From Schizosaccharomyces osmophilus (Eukaryota): a stretch of DNA of 64,000 bases. The DNA lies in NCBI RefSeq assembly GCF_027921745.1, contig NC_079239.1, positions 992,001 to 1,056,000 on the forward strand, in the 5' to 3' direction. This document shows, piece after piece, positions 11,317 to 22,743 of this stretch. How positions within the stretch are numbered: position 1 is the stretch's first letter; each line of letters starts with the position of its first letter. Position numbers and translations under genes: made by a program. Below the pieces are notes generated by a model that saw only the letters and a program-made list of their open reading frames with translations, searched no databases and was not told the origin of the DNA.

Positions 11317-14300
11317 CTAGGGATCTTCCTGTTCATTGAGCTGAAGACTAGTAAAATAAGCGACCAATTTTTTATGATCCAATTTCTTAGCGCTTTCTGT
11401 AGAATTCGTATCTAAAGAAAACTCGCTCCTCGACTGAGCTCCCACAGGTGTTTCCATGCCAGCAACCGACGCGCGTCGAGATGTATGTGCACTCAGAAAA
11501 GAATCTGGAGTGCGATTAGCCATGCAGTCGTTAACATCTTCCACGTGGTCTTTGGATGTCTGACTCTCACGCTCTTTCTTAAGCTTCTGTATGGTGCTTC
11601 GATTCGCCTTGTCCAAAACATCCAAATTGCGATAACTGAAGCTTCCAAATTCTGGCGGTGAATCTATGGTATTGCTTCTAATTCGATTCATCCTTGCGCC
11701 AGGTTTAAGATGCTGAGGAACTGAAGAAGCGACACTTTCAGGCTCAGGTTCTTTAAGAGGAATATGTTCAGAAAGTTCTGTGTAGTGATTATTATAATCA
11801 AACTCATCCAACCCTCTGGGATCAAAATATATTGTATCATCAGGAGCGAAAGGCTTTGGAACAAACGGAGGTTCCTCGTTCACTACGTTGTCCCAACTAA
11901 CGCCCCTAAAAAAAGGATGCGATTTAACTTCTTCCACTCCTTTAGCTCCCAGTCTTTCAGATGGTTCCATACATAACAATCTGTTAATTAAATCTACAGC
12001 ATCGCCTAAGTCAAGGAAGTTAGTATTATCAGGCCATGCAATTTTTCGCGCGAGAATGTTTTTGAAAATCTCAGTCGGGGTATCTGCATTAAAAGGCGGA
12101 TACCCAAAAAGGAACTCAAACAAAACGCAGCCCACAGACCACCAGTCACTTGCCTTGATCCCAGGATTACCTAAAATAACTTCAGGGGCAATGTAATCTG
12201 GAGTTCCAATAAATCTCTTGAACGAATCACGATTTTCAAGGAATGGCTGGGTTTTTGGTGAATCTATAGCTTGAGCTCGATTTTTATCATTGCTAACGGC
12301 ATTATTAGACTTTCTAGCAGCCAGTAGTTCTTCCGGCCCATTTTCAAGGCTAAAGCTTTGAGAAGCAAGCCTAATACTCGTTCCATCTAATGATAGTAAT
12401 CTTTCATTGAGCGTAGGCCTTTTAGTTGAATCCACAGTACCTGCAGAATGCGTGTCTATATAAGATGAAGCAGTACTCAATGAAAGATCCGACAAAGAAC
12501 CCGGACATTCCGCTAAGTTAGGTGCAAAGCTCGACTCACTATCACTTCTGTTTTGTCTCTTCAGATAACCTACTCTGCTTAATCCAAAATCTGTCAGTTT
12601 GAGGTGACCCGACTGAGCAATTAACAGATTGTCGGGTTTGATATCACGATGAACAATTTCTCTGTTGTGTAGAGCGCCCAAGCACAAAACAATTTCAGCT
12701 AAATACTTGTGAATCCAATCAAGTTCCAGGATCCCCATTGTTTTCAAAAGTGATCCACAATCCCCTCCATTCAAATATTCCATAACAAGATAAAGATAAT
12801 CTCTAGACTGGAATGTATAATACAATTTGGCGACAAAAGGGATTTCTCCTTGAGCCATCAATATTGCACGTTCAGCCCGTACATTTACTACTTGATTTTT
12901 AGCAATCATGTCCGACTTTTTTAAGATTTTGACTGCAAAGTAATCACCAGTAGTTCTTTTCTGTGCCAGGTAGACAGACCCAAACGCACCTTTGCTAATT
13001 GGCTTTAAAATCTTATAATCATTAATTGAAGGATTACTATGGGCAGCTGAGGGCAGAATTGTATGTACACGAGGAGATGGAGACGGAAGTCGTAAATCTT
13101 TTTCAGATAGATTCTTTGACCGTCCACGTGAATTCAGTGATGTACGAGCATTCAACGATAAACCGTGTACTGAAGCATCAGAAGCTAAGAACCGAGGACT
13201 GGAATTTGGGGATAAAAATCTCGAATTCTCAGACTTATGATCGGAACAGCATGGATCGGTCACCTTAAGACGCTGTAAAGATAACTGCATGTCAGGAAAT
13301 TCATTCATTTGAGCAGAGCCACAATCGGAGCCATTGCTTAAGCAATATGGATGGGATTGCGTAAGCAGAGAACATGAGGAAGACCTAGAGAGATCAGAAT
13401 TCGAGTCCGAATCAGGTAGAAAGTCGTTATCCTGTTTAAACTGTGGGTTCATTACTTTGACAGTATTTTCAACAGTTCCTGGAAGAGATACTGAAGGAGC
13501 GTCTAAAGTTAAGCCCTCAACGTATTGTGAGTTTTGAAAAGATAACAATTCAGAAACAACGTTATCAATCACTTCTTGAACATGATAATCCACTTCCAAT
13601 CGAATTCGCTCAGAATAATATACAGCGTTTTTCAATCGGGTTATTCCAATAACTTTAGTATCGAATGCAGTTCTTAAATCTCTCCAAAGGTTGATGACTG
13701 CCTGTGAGCAATTTTGAAGAGATGGTGTGAAGTTTTGCAATTCATCTATAGATACTTCTGATATTGGGGACTGTAATCGAAGAGAATCCACGTTATCGAA
13801 ATTTACAATGACTTTGACAGGAGGTATGCTTATGCCTATGACCAAATTCAAATAGTATGTGATCTGGTTTAAAAAGGCAGACAAGAGGGAAACAGAGGAC
13901 TCCTTTTTTATATCCTTAGGAACTGATAAAGATGACGTGTCGTAGTTGGGATACAATATCAACGCTTCATCTTTGTATAGCGGAATTAAATAAGGTTTTT
14001 CAAGTAATTGATCTTGAATCTGCAGTAAGGTAGAGCGAAAATAGAGCAGCGAATCTTGAGCAGATTGCACAATAGATTCAAATGTGCTGGTGATTAAACA
14101 AAGCTTAGAATGAACTTCAAAGAACCATGATTGAATATTTCTTTCACATATTTGACAAAACTCCGGCCGAGGATGAGGTAAAAACTGTAAATTACCGGTT
14201 TTGTAGAAAGATTCGCGCAAGGAAGATAAATACTGGTCTAGAAGACCAGAACTGAGACCAATGACTTCCAAAATATTATGTGCAAAAGATTTTGAATCGA

Positions 14301-14811
14301 CTGTACTATTATTGACAGGATGAGCAACCCACATTGTATGGTCGGGCGTATTTGTATGGCAGTTCCGGATTAAAATACCAACAGCATCAAATTGCTCAAG
14401 AGGAATATCATTGTCTTCGTAGGTGAGAGGAGAAGTGTGGTTAGGGGCATGAGAATGCTGTGTAAGAGAATTCTTCGAAGGATGTTTCAGTCGAATATGG
14501 TAGCTATGGGAATCATCTTCTAACAAACATTTTGCGGCTTTAACAAACGCTTCTAATCCGGTTTTACCCAGAAAGTCCTTCACGGAATGACCAACAACTT
14601 GGTCCTGAGGAACATTAAGTAAATCAGGCGAGTTGTCACTAACATACTGAAAATTCCCCGACAAATCAAGCTCAAAAGACACAGGATGGTGCGAATGTTC
14701 GAAGAAATTGCCATTCGTTAATGAAGCCATGCTCCATCCTTGCTGTTCATTTGAAGCTTGTTGTGAGTCGTTAGGGGATTCAGGCCTGCCACGAGCAGTA
14801 ATTGGCTTCAT
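11317..14811 (-). CDS. cek1: Greatwall/Rim15-family Ser/Thr kinase
   Basis: N-terminal PAS-like region, a CQIC...H...C zinc motif, and a kinase domain (KPISKGAFG, HRDIKPDN, DFG, long insert, GTPDYIAPE) followed by an AGC tail. Confidence 0.9.
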   Translation of the reverse strand: MKPITARGRPESPNDSQQASNEQQGWSMASLTNGNFFEHSHHPVSFELDLSGNFQYVSDNSPDLLNVPQDQVVGHSVKDFLGKTGLEAFVKAAKCLLEDDSHSYHIRLKHPSKNSLTQHSHAPNHTSPLTYEDNDIPLEQFDAVGILIRNCHTNTPDHTMWVAHPVNNSTVDSKSFAHNILEVIGLSSGLLDQYLSSLRESFYKTGNLQFLPHPRPEFCQICERNIQSWFFEVHSKLCLITSTFESIVQSAQDSLLYFRSTLLQIQDQLLEKPYLIPLYKDEALILYPNYDTSSLSVPKDIKKESSVSLLSAFLNQITYYLNLVIGISIPPVKVIVNFDNVDSLRLQSPISEVSIDELQNFTPSLQNCSQAVINLWRDLRTAFDTKVIGITRLKNAVYYSERIRLEVDYHVQEVIDNVVSELLSFQNSQYVEGLTLDAPSVSLPGTVENTVKVMNPQFKQDNDFLPDSDSNSDLSRSSSCSLLTQSHPYCLSNGSDCGSAQMNEFPDMQLSLQRLKVTDPCCSDHKSENSRFLSPNSSPRFLASDASVHGLSLNARTSLNSRGRSKNLSEKDLRLPSPSPRVHTILPSAAHSNPSINDYKILKPISKGAFGSVYLAQKRTTGDYFAVKILKKSDMIAKNQVVNVRAERAILMAQGEIPFVAKLYYTFQSRDYLYLVMEYLNGGDCGSLLKTMGILELDWIHKYLAEIVLCLGALHNREIVHRDIKPDNLLIAQSGHLKLTDFGLSRVGYLKRQNRSDSESSFAPNLAECPGSLSDLSLSTASSYIDTHSAGTVDSTKRPTLNERLLSLDGTSIRLASQSFSLENGPEELLAARKSNNAVSNDKNRAQAIDSPKTQPFLENRDSFKRFIGTPDYIAPEVILGNPGIKASDWWSVGCVLFEFLFGYPPFNADTPTEIFKNILARKIAWPDNTNFLDLGDAVDLINRLLCMEPSERLGAKGVEEVKSHPFFRGVSWDNVVNEEPPFVPKPFAPDDTIYFDPRGLDEFDYNNHYTELSEHIPLKEPEPESVASSVPQHLKPGARMNRIRSNTIDSPPEFGSFSYRNLDVLDKANRSTIQKLKKERESQTSKDHVEDVNDCMANRTPDSFLSAHTSRRASVAGMETPVGAQSRSEFSLDTNSTESAKKLDHKKLVAYFTSLQLNEQEDP

Positions 14812-15954
14812 TGAAACTCAAAAAAGCCTTGATCTAAGCTGTACTTTTAATCATTACCAAAGAGCAATAACTATCCACTGCTGACAAAAGCCTATTTGAG
14901 TTTATTTTTAAGTTTTTCCCTGGTAGTCCTGATCTGCAAAAGAAAAGGCTTCGTAAGAGAAAAATCCCTTGTAAAATCTATGTTATTAAAAAAAAAAAGG
15001 AAAGACTAGGCCTTATAGGACTTTTCGGTACAGGAAGAAGTTGTTGGTGGTAGTAGACAACTCCACCTAAGACCGTATAATAGAAAACTCCAGAGTTTCA
15101 AACACCGCCGGGATGGTTCGGTTACGTTCTTCTTAGTAATAGAAAAAGAAAAAAACAAATAAATAATAATTTAAGAGGTTTTGATAGTGAATTGGATACC
15201 GAGATAAAAATTTTTCAACAAGTTAGTAAAAGTCCTCCTCACGCTTCTTTTTTTTGGGTTCCTTTGTTTTAGGCTTCAAGCAATTCTATAAAAAGCATTG
15301 CTCGATTACAGATGGTATGAGAATAATCTTCGCTTTTGATTCCACTTTGATTGAAATGTTACAAAAATAGCCACATAAAGTAGGAAATGGTATCGAATTA
15401 TTGTATTACACATCAATGAAATTAATTTCACAGAAAACAGCGAATTCACTCAATGAGTCTTGAAAGCTTTCTCATAACGTCTCAATAGGACTCATGATGC
15501 TGTCGCATTCTATGCAAAAACTCAAGTGTAGACTTTAATTTTTATATTATGTAAGGCACACTTCATAGTAAAATAGAGCATTTGCTAGAAAATATTACTA
15601 GGTTTTTATTAACAGTAAATCACTTCATTCCAGATGGAAAACCAAGCAAAAAGAACCACACGCTGTGTTGACAATACTTGACCTAGAATAAGAGCTCATT
15701 AGTCTACATACATATTCAACTAATACGCATTCTACATGTATATTTCTACTGCAAAGACTACTAGCATTACTATAGCTCTTTTATTCTTTTTTGTCTCAGC
15801 TGATTTGTTTATTTACAAAATTGCGATAGAATTTTTCTTTCCTTATACGAATAACGAATTTTAGTTAAGTCCACTATCCTGCGTACTTGATGCGAAGAGA
15901 ATACAACTATGATTCAATGGAAAGGATACTTAGCCTTTACACGCCTAGTTTACT

Positions 15955-18812
15955 ATGGAAACGAGCTCTACGGATGAACAAGCTGCTTTGCAGAGACATT
16001 ACTTGAAAAAGGAACTTCTTTCTCTTTTGGTTGAGGAGGAATTGGCATTTATTGGGGACTCATCGAATCTCGTTCATTTGGGAACCCCTTTTATGAATAA
16101 GGATGAACCTCCCATTCCTTTTGATGACTCCAAAATACCTATTTTAAGATTTATTTTTAAAAAATTTGTACTTACCTTTCCTTTCCTGGACCCGGCATGC
16201 CAAACACAACTGTGGAATGTGAGCTTTCGTAATGTACGTAGGATGATATCGGACGTTTCTCTCGAGAAACTACTATAGGGAAGTTTATTCTGACATTTTT
16301 AGTTTTTGAGCGCTATGTACGAAAATAGCGTTTCTGTACTGCCCGATGACCCAGATGCAACTTACATGCACAAAATGGAAATGAAGTTCCACGGTATGCT
16401 TACGCTTCTCATGAGTCGAGCTATTTCTTGTATTCAAGGAGAGAAAAGCATTGGTCATGACCGGATTGATATGTTGAGTATAAAGAAACAGTTGTCGCAA
16501 ACCAGTATAGAAAACAAAAAGCAAGATCTCTTAATAGCTGTAGTTGCTGGTGTCCGCGAACTTTCATATTCAACGTATCTGAGAAATAAGAAAACTTATG
16601 TAAGTGATTTTGTGCTATTTGGCGAGCAAGATACGAAGTATCGTTAGGAACATTGACTCTTTTTCCTTCAACCTGGTATCTAGCTATTGCCGTTTTTTTG
16701 ACAAATACTAATAAAATTAGGAATACATTCTTAAAGTGCAGGATGAGGAATCTCTTATATATGTGGCACGCAGATATTCTGATTTCACTAAACTGCACCA
16801 TACTTTAGTGAAAAAGTTCCCGAGTGCTATTATTCCGCGTCTACCAGCTAAAGATTTACATGACACGCATCTTCATGATGGATCAAAATTCGCATCTTTA
16901 GACACTACCCAAACGCCTTCTAGTATTGGATCTACTAAAGAAAATTTTAGCCTGACTTTGCAACAAGAAAGAATGAGAATTGGATTGAATTATTACGTAA
17001 ACCACGTTCTCCAACAAGACGAACTTCGAAATAGTCCCGAAGTAGACACGTTTTTTCATTCTAATCCTTTTACACCCAATGAAAATGTACAAAAAGACAT
17101 ACTTCTCCGCCAAGAGCTAGATCTTATCCGTACCAAAGAAAGGAAGAAATTTATAGAAATCGCTTCTGAGCGCGCAAAAGCCCTCGATAAATATATGGAC
17201 GAATTTAAGCGATCACTTATGGAATCCGGTATGGTCAGCTTTGCTTTTGTCCTAATTACCTTACTAATAATTTTTAGGGGGATTAACTAGTTTATTTACA
17301 GAGCTAAAAGAAAAGGATAGCATAAAAGACTTGTCTCCAACTTTACAACAAACCTTGGAATGGGTTCGTGTAAATTTAGCTTCTACCATTTATGATGTAT
17401 TTATAGCCAAAGAGAAGTCCAGCGTCACCTTTTCCCAGATTAAGCGCATGCATTCAATTTTTCCCTATGGAGTAATTAAAAATATCATGCGTTTCTCAAA
17501 TCCACTTTCCGTCATGAAACGTATTTTAGACACCCTCTTGGCTCAACCTTTTGGAATGAAGTCTCTCTTTCAACGTCTATTGAGTTTGAGTCTGAACGAT
17601 AATGTGCGTGCTATTCACAAGTTGATTAGCAAATATCAAAGTCAAGTAAACAATGCAGAAGTTTTGCAAAAAATTCAGCAACAAGCTGAGAATCCCTGCA
17701 AAGAAGCTCAAGAAATTATACGGAGAAATGAAATGTCTCCTCAGGATTATTTGCTATACATTCTCGTTTCTGATGAGGTACCTCCTAGGCTTTCTGAAGA
17801 ATCAATCAGGCAAGTAATTATGGACGGAAGTGCCTGGAAAGAAGCCATGGATTCAGAAGTATATCCCGAGGATAAGACGATTCATGAACGAGCCAAAAGA
17901 TTCGGATTCACCTTAAAGTTGATGCACCTGTATGCCAAGCAGTTCAACAAAAAGCGTTCTATTTCCTTGATTTCTGAAGGCTCCACCGGAGAAATGATGA
18001 AAACTATTGTAGTAATTTTCTACAAACCTTTGATGAAGGTGTATAAAGCAGCAAATGTTTATACCTCGTATGTTTAGAAGGATTTTTAGGAACAAGCACT
18101 AACCTTTTGCAGCGTGGGTGATTTTGAAGCTTTTATGGAGGATATGCTACGACTTGTGGAAGATACACAGGAAAATCCAGAAGTGAATCCGACTACACTC
18201 GTAGAACATTACATTGATTTGGTCAAGAGACACGAAGACGCATTTTATAACTTTGTACACCGGGTATATCTGCATGACAGTGGATTGTTCAGCTCTCTTA
18301 TGGAATGGATCGAAAGTATTATTTCATTTTTGCATTATGGCTCAGCGTATCCAATAGACATGGATAACATGATTACGGGGCTGAGTCCAGAGGAAACCGA
18401 TTTGTTATCCCAAGAATTGAAAGAACTTGTAGAATGGAATCACAGAAAAAAAAGTTTCTTGTTTCGGAAGAATACAACAAAGTATGCGTCTGGTGATGAG
18501 TCTACGATTCCGGCTGTAAATATGGATGAGCTTGGACTTGATGAGGAAATTTTAGCTGAGCTACGAGGGGATGGCGATGAGGAAGAAGAGTATAATAACA
18601 GCGATATAGAGCAGAATGAGGACAGGATGAACGAAAGTTTTGAATATGATCCCATAATGGATGAACGGCAACGACAAAAACGAAAGGCAAACCGATCGAT
18701 TGATGGCGTTCCAGCGAAGCCGGAATTCAAAATCATTTCGAAATTACTTCCTACGTTTCGTGATCGTATTTATCCCATTCTAGCTCGTTTTGCGAATGAA
18801 AGCTCTGCTTAA
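15955..18812 (+). CDS. PX-domain protein (Ypr097w/Lec1-like); exons 15955-16233, 16303-16599, 16721-17228, 17278-18067, 18113-18812
   Basis: Five ORF pieces join in frame through four GT-AG introns with branch sites. PX motif VARRYSDFTKLH...PRLP. Confidence 0.85.
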
Positions 18813-19014
18813 TGGAAAAATACGGGGTGTTTTTATATTATATTATAACTTGATTTGATTTAATTTATTTTTGTTTTTATACGAACACATAGTTTTATGA
18901 GTTAGAAGTGAAAAAGAATAACATGACTTTAGACGAGAGCGAAAGAGAAGTGGCGTTGAATAGGTTAATAGAGGACGTGTATCAAACTAATGAAGATTGT
19001 GTTATCTTTTGCAG

Positions 19015-19638
19015 CTACTCTTTAGCCTTTTGAAACCATTCTTTTATATGGGCTTCCACCAGCTTTTCTGTGTACTTTCCAAGCTGATCGACTTCCACAT
19101 TGACTAGGCTACCAATATTCTTGGTGGGCATGATAACACTTGACTGCGTGTAAGAAATCATCATAATGCTAAAGGTTGCTTCGTCGACATATGTAACTGT
19201 GAGCGAGACGCCATCCAAAGCGATGTAACCCTTGTAAACAATGTACTTGAGAACCGAAGGGTCACGAGGACGGAATGTAAAAACAATGGCCTCTTGATCC
19301 GGTTGTTTGTCTACGATTTCGGCAACGGTATCAACGTGGCCCTGAACAAAGTGGCCTCCCATACGAGTCGTACTGAGAACGGCACGTTCCAAGTTCACAG
19401 AGTCGCCTTCCTTTAGAGAGCCTAGATTTGTAAGACGGAGAGTTTCGGGAGCAATTCCGACCACAAAGCCTGTACCGCTAAGACTTGTAACCGTCAAGCA
19501 AGTACCGTTGACAGCGATGCTGTCGCCTAAATGACAATCTTGAATGATTTTGGGCTCCTCAATATCGACGGAGAATCCCTCAGGCGACTTTACGACACGG
19601 CGAATAATGCCAATAGCTTCAACGAGGCCAGTAAACAT
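19015..19638 (-). CDS. rib5: Riboflavin synthase alpha chain
   Basis: MFTGLVE N-terminus, GDSIAVNGTCLTV, VNLERA, GGHFVQGHVD. Confidence 0.97.
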   Translation of the reverse strand: MFTGLVEAIGIIRRVVKSPEGFSVDIEEPKIIQDCHLGDSIAVNGTCLTVTSLSGTGFVVGIAPETLRLTNLGSLKEGDSVNLERAVLSTTRMGGHFVQGHVDTVAEIVDKQPDQEAIVFTFRPRDPSVLKYIVYKGYIALDGVSLTVTYVDEATFSIMMISYTQSSVIMPTKNIGSLVNVEVDQLGKYTEKLVEAHIKEWFQKAKE

Positions 19639-20239
19639 GATGAGTTTTTTTTTCTGAGAATGTATCAAAGAAAGACCACGTTTAATTTATTCTTTTATTT
19701 GAAGTTCACTTTGGTCTGAATCAAGGGTGTAGAGGCAGTGAAAATTCTTTTGCAACTTTCAGTATATATATAAAAAGAATCTATGAGCTGATATTTAGAT
19801 AAAAATCAGTCCAAAATAGCAAATGAAGAGGTGTCGTTCTTGTACCTTAGCTGGATTTGTAAGGCGTATTGATGTATAGGGTTTCCTTATGATTTTCAAA
19901 TCGGGAACTCTGCATTAAGTACAAGGGTTTGAAACAATCTGTGCAAAAGTTGCAAATAAAAAAAAAAACATTCTCGAATCTATCATTGCAAAGAACCCAT
20001 TTTGTTCAAACCAAAAATGGGAGAAGTCGATTTGAATGGGGTGCAACAACACATGAAATCAGCTGCAATGTTAAAATCTCAAATTCCAATAGCCCTTTGT
20101 TTTCTGTTTATATGTTCAATTCCTTTTTATGGTCATTTTCGTACGACAACTCAGTGAATTCAAGTTTCATTTCTTCTTTATACTGCATAGTAAAGTAATT
20201 TATGCTTACATATTTAACACTATTCTTCCATAGCAGATA

Positions 20240-20320
20240 GCTTCTGTAGCTCAGTTGGTGGTAGCGTCCCTCTCATATTCTGACAGGGGAAGGTCGTGAG
20301 TTCGAGCCTCACCAGAAGCA
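20240..20320 (+). tRNA. tRNA-Met(CAT), elongator type, with a 7-nt intron
   Basis: Acceptor stem GCTTCTG/CAGAAGC, anticodon arm TCCCT-CT-CAT-A[TTCTGAC]A-GGGGA, T arm GTGAG-TTCGAGC-CTCAC. Confidence 0.93.
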
Positions 20321-20326
20321 TCTAAA

Positions 20327-20399
20327 GGTCGGATAGCACAGTTGGTAGTGCGCATGACTGTTAATCATGAGGTCGTGGGTTCGAGCCCCACTCTGACCG
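20327..20399 (+). tRNA. tRNA-Asn(GTT)
   Basis: Acceptor GGTCGGA/TCTGACC, anticodon arm CATGA-CT-GTT-AA-TCATG, T arm GTGGG-TTCGAGC-CCCAC. A T5 terminator follows. Confidence 0.95.
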
Positions 20400-20838
20400 T
20401 CTTTTTGGTTTTTTGATTCTGTTTTTCAATAGATTGCTTTCTCTACGACTTTTCATGTTCTATAAAAGTTCCCTAAATAGAATTGCTTTTCCCCGTAAGC
20501 TCTGCTCTGTTACTCCTCGTAGCATTCTACTTTACTTGAAATGAATAGCTTTTTCTTAATCACGAGATGTTGTAAGAATCAAAAAATGCATACTTTTCAT
20601 TACCATCCAATGCTAAAATAATCTATGAAGGATTCCGATTATTGCCCATTTTTCATCATCATTCTTGCATCTGCAGTATCTTCCATCAAGAAATCACCTC
20701 TTTTTCTATCGTGCACATTCATTGTTTGTGAAACCCACATTGGTGGGCTTTTTAAGAATGGATCTAGATATTAGTTTTTCATAATCCTTCATTACATCCA
20801 TGATTAATACACACAGATTATGTCTCGACAGCCCTTTT

Positions 20839-22530
20839 CTAAGGCAGCCAACCGCTAGGAATACGTTGTCTGATAGACTCGCTCATATAGTTCAATAAAG
20901 GACTTTCGCTAGAGAAGAAATAGAAGTTTATCATACTCGGCAACTTTAAATAGCTGGACAAGACATAACGAAATCCTTCTAATACAACTTCCAATTCCAT
21001 CCAAAAATCATGGTAAAAAATCCGTGCGACATTGTACGTCTTTTTCAAATATGGATGGAAAACCTCAGGCACATACTGATACACAAATCGTTTCATGCTA
21101 TTCAAAACTTTCCGAAACATGGATTCGGGTTGGTGTTGTTCAATATATAGCTCATGGAATTTTTGAATATAGTTAATGGAACGGGAAAGTCGATCGAGTG
21201 TGTTTACCAAAGCAACAATCTCAGAACGACGTAATTGTAGAGGAAACGACGTGCTCTCAAATTGGTCAATTTCATTCTCCACATCTGGCACTTCAAAAAG
21301 GATCTTCAAAGCTGTACCAAATCCATTTGTCTGAATTTTGCCCCACAAACGGCAACGTTCACAACCAACACAATCCATCAAAGCCGATACAGTACGGAAA
21401 TGTTCTCGGAACTCTTTTTTCATTGCCGAGGAAAGTTCAGGATCACCATTAAACAATACTGATTCATCAAAGTACCGAGGATATTGATCAACCGTGTCAA
21501 CCAAATCTCGAACTTTATGACGAACTTCGGTATCTTGCAATGCACTATCATGACAAAATGTAAGTGTATCCAGGTGTCCATTTAACTTATCCATAGCCCT
21601 AAGAAGCAAAGAATAAGCAAAATACAAATTTTCAAGTCTTTCTGGATGCGACAGAACCTTTTCCATGAAACAATTCAAGTTTGGTCCCCAAACTCCGGTT
21701 GATTGATTCAGGTAATTATAACATAAATGAGTAGAAATACTGGAGTGCATTCCCGAAAGTACCCGATAAAAGACACGCTGTTCGTTGGTCCACATGTCCA
21801 TACGTTCATTCAACATGTTTTCTTGAGAATTTGAAGGGGGAGCCAGAGAACCCTGCATAAAAAGAGAGGGAAAATCTATTGTAGGTTCGGATGTATCTGG
21901 CAAACACTCATTGTAAATCATTTCCCAAATCCGAGTAGCGTGTGGAGCCGCATATCCAGTAAATCTTTCTGGGTTGTCTAACAGAGAAACATAAACGCAC
22001 CCACTATCCAATTCATTATCAACATAACAGTATTGACGATCCTGATCGTCCAGTCGTTCCAACAAACACGATTGCGAAATTTTTTCAACGTTTTCCATTA
22101 CAGATTGGTCCGACTCAACAATCTGACGTGAAAGCTCTGGCATGAATCCTTCAAGCTTCCCGAGAGCTCTTGAGCTCCAGATATCTGGAACATTATTTTC
22201 GTCTGTAATCACCACATTACAGGCGTTACTACCACAAAAAACATTATCGTCCATTTTATACTTGCATTCCTTATTAAATAAATTCAATCGATAGAAGCGC
22301 ATATAATCAGACTTCTCTGTTAAATCTTTCAGTAATGGCGATACACGCTCATTCAAATCTTTAATGGCTCCAAAAGTTGCTTCTGAAGTATCGGGAATCG
22401 CATGTTTAGTATCGCCTTCAAACTTCCATGGGTCATTTGCCTCCATTACTGTCTGTTTCTTACCAAATGCATCTTGCACATTGACAAGCAGACACAAGAA
22501 AGATAGTAATGCGCCGCGTCTTATTTTCAT
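20839..22530 (-). CDS. ero12: ER oxidoreductin Ero1-like
   Basis: Signal peptide, NPERFTGY, SGMHSSIS and MDCVGCERCRLWGK (CxxCxxC). Confidence 0.93.
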   Translation of the reverse strand: MKIRRGALLSFLCLLVNVQDAFGKKQTVMEANDPWKFEGDTKHAIPDTSEATFGAIKDLNERVSPLLKDLTEKSDYMRFYRLNLFNKECKYKMDDNVFCGSNACNVVITDENNVPDIWSSRALGKLEGFMPELSRQIVESDQSVMENVEKISQSCLLERLDDQDRQYCYVDNELDSGCVYVSLLDNPERFTGYAAPHATRIWEMIYNECLPDTSEPTIDFPSLFMQGSLAPPSNSQENMLNERMDMWTNEQRVFYRVLSGMHSSISTHLCYNYLNQSTGVWGPNLNCFMEKVLSHPERLENLYFAYSLLLRAMDKLNGHLDTLTFCHDSALQDTEVRHKVRDLVDTVDQYPRYFDESVLFNGDPELSSAMKKEFREHFRTVSALMDCVGCERCRLWGKIQTNGFGTALKILFEVPDVENEIDQFESTSFPLQLRRSEIVALVNTLDRLSRSINYIQKFHELYIEQHQPESMFRKVLNSMKRFVYQYVPEVFHPYLKKTYNVARIFYHDFWMELEVVLEGFRYVLSSYLKLPSMINFYFFSSESPLLNYMSESIRQRIPSGWLP

Positions 22531-22743
22531 TCCGACTATAAATTAAGCTTGGAAAAATTATTCTTGTTCCCTTCTGTACTTTTCGACGTTGGTTCTAAGA
22601 TCGTTTGTTTACACCACCTTGAGGCTTCTACTAGTGTTACCTCGGATGTCACCTTTCCATCTTTACTTCCTTAGGGAACTTCTCTCATTACTAATAAATC
22701 GAGTTGTAAACATTCCTTTTTCTGCAATAGTTAAAGAAACAAG

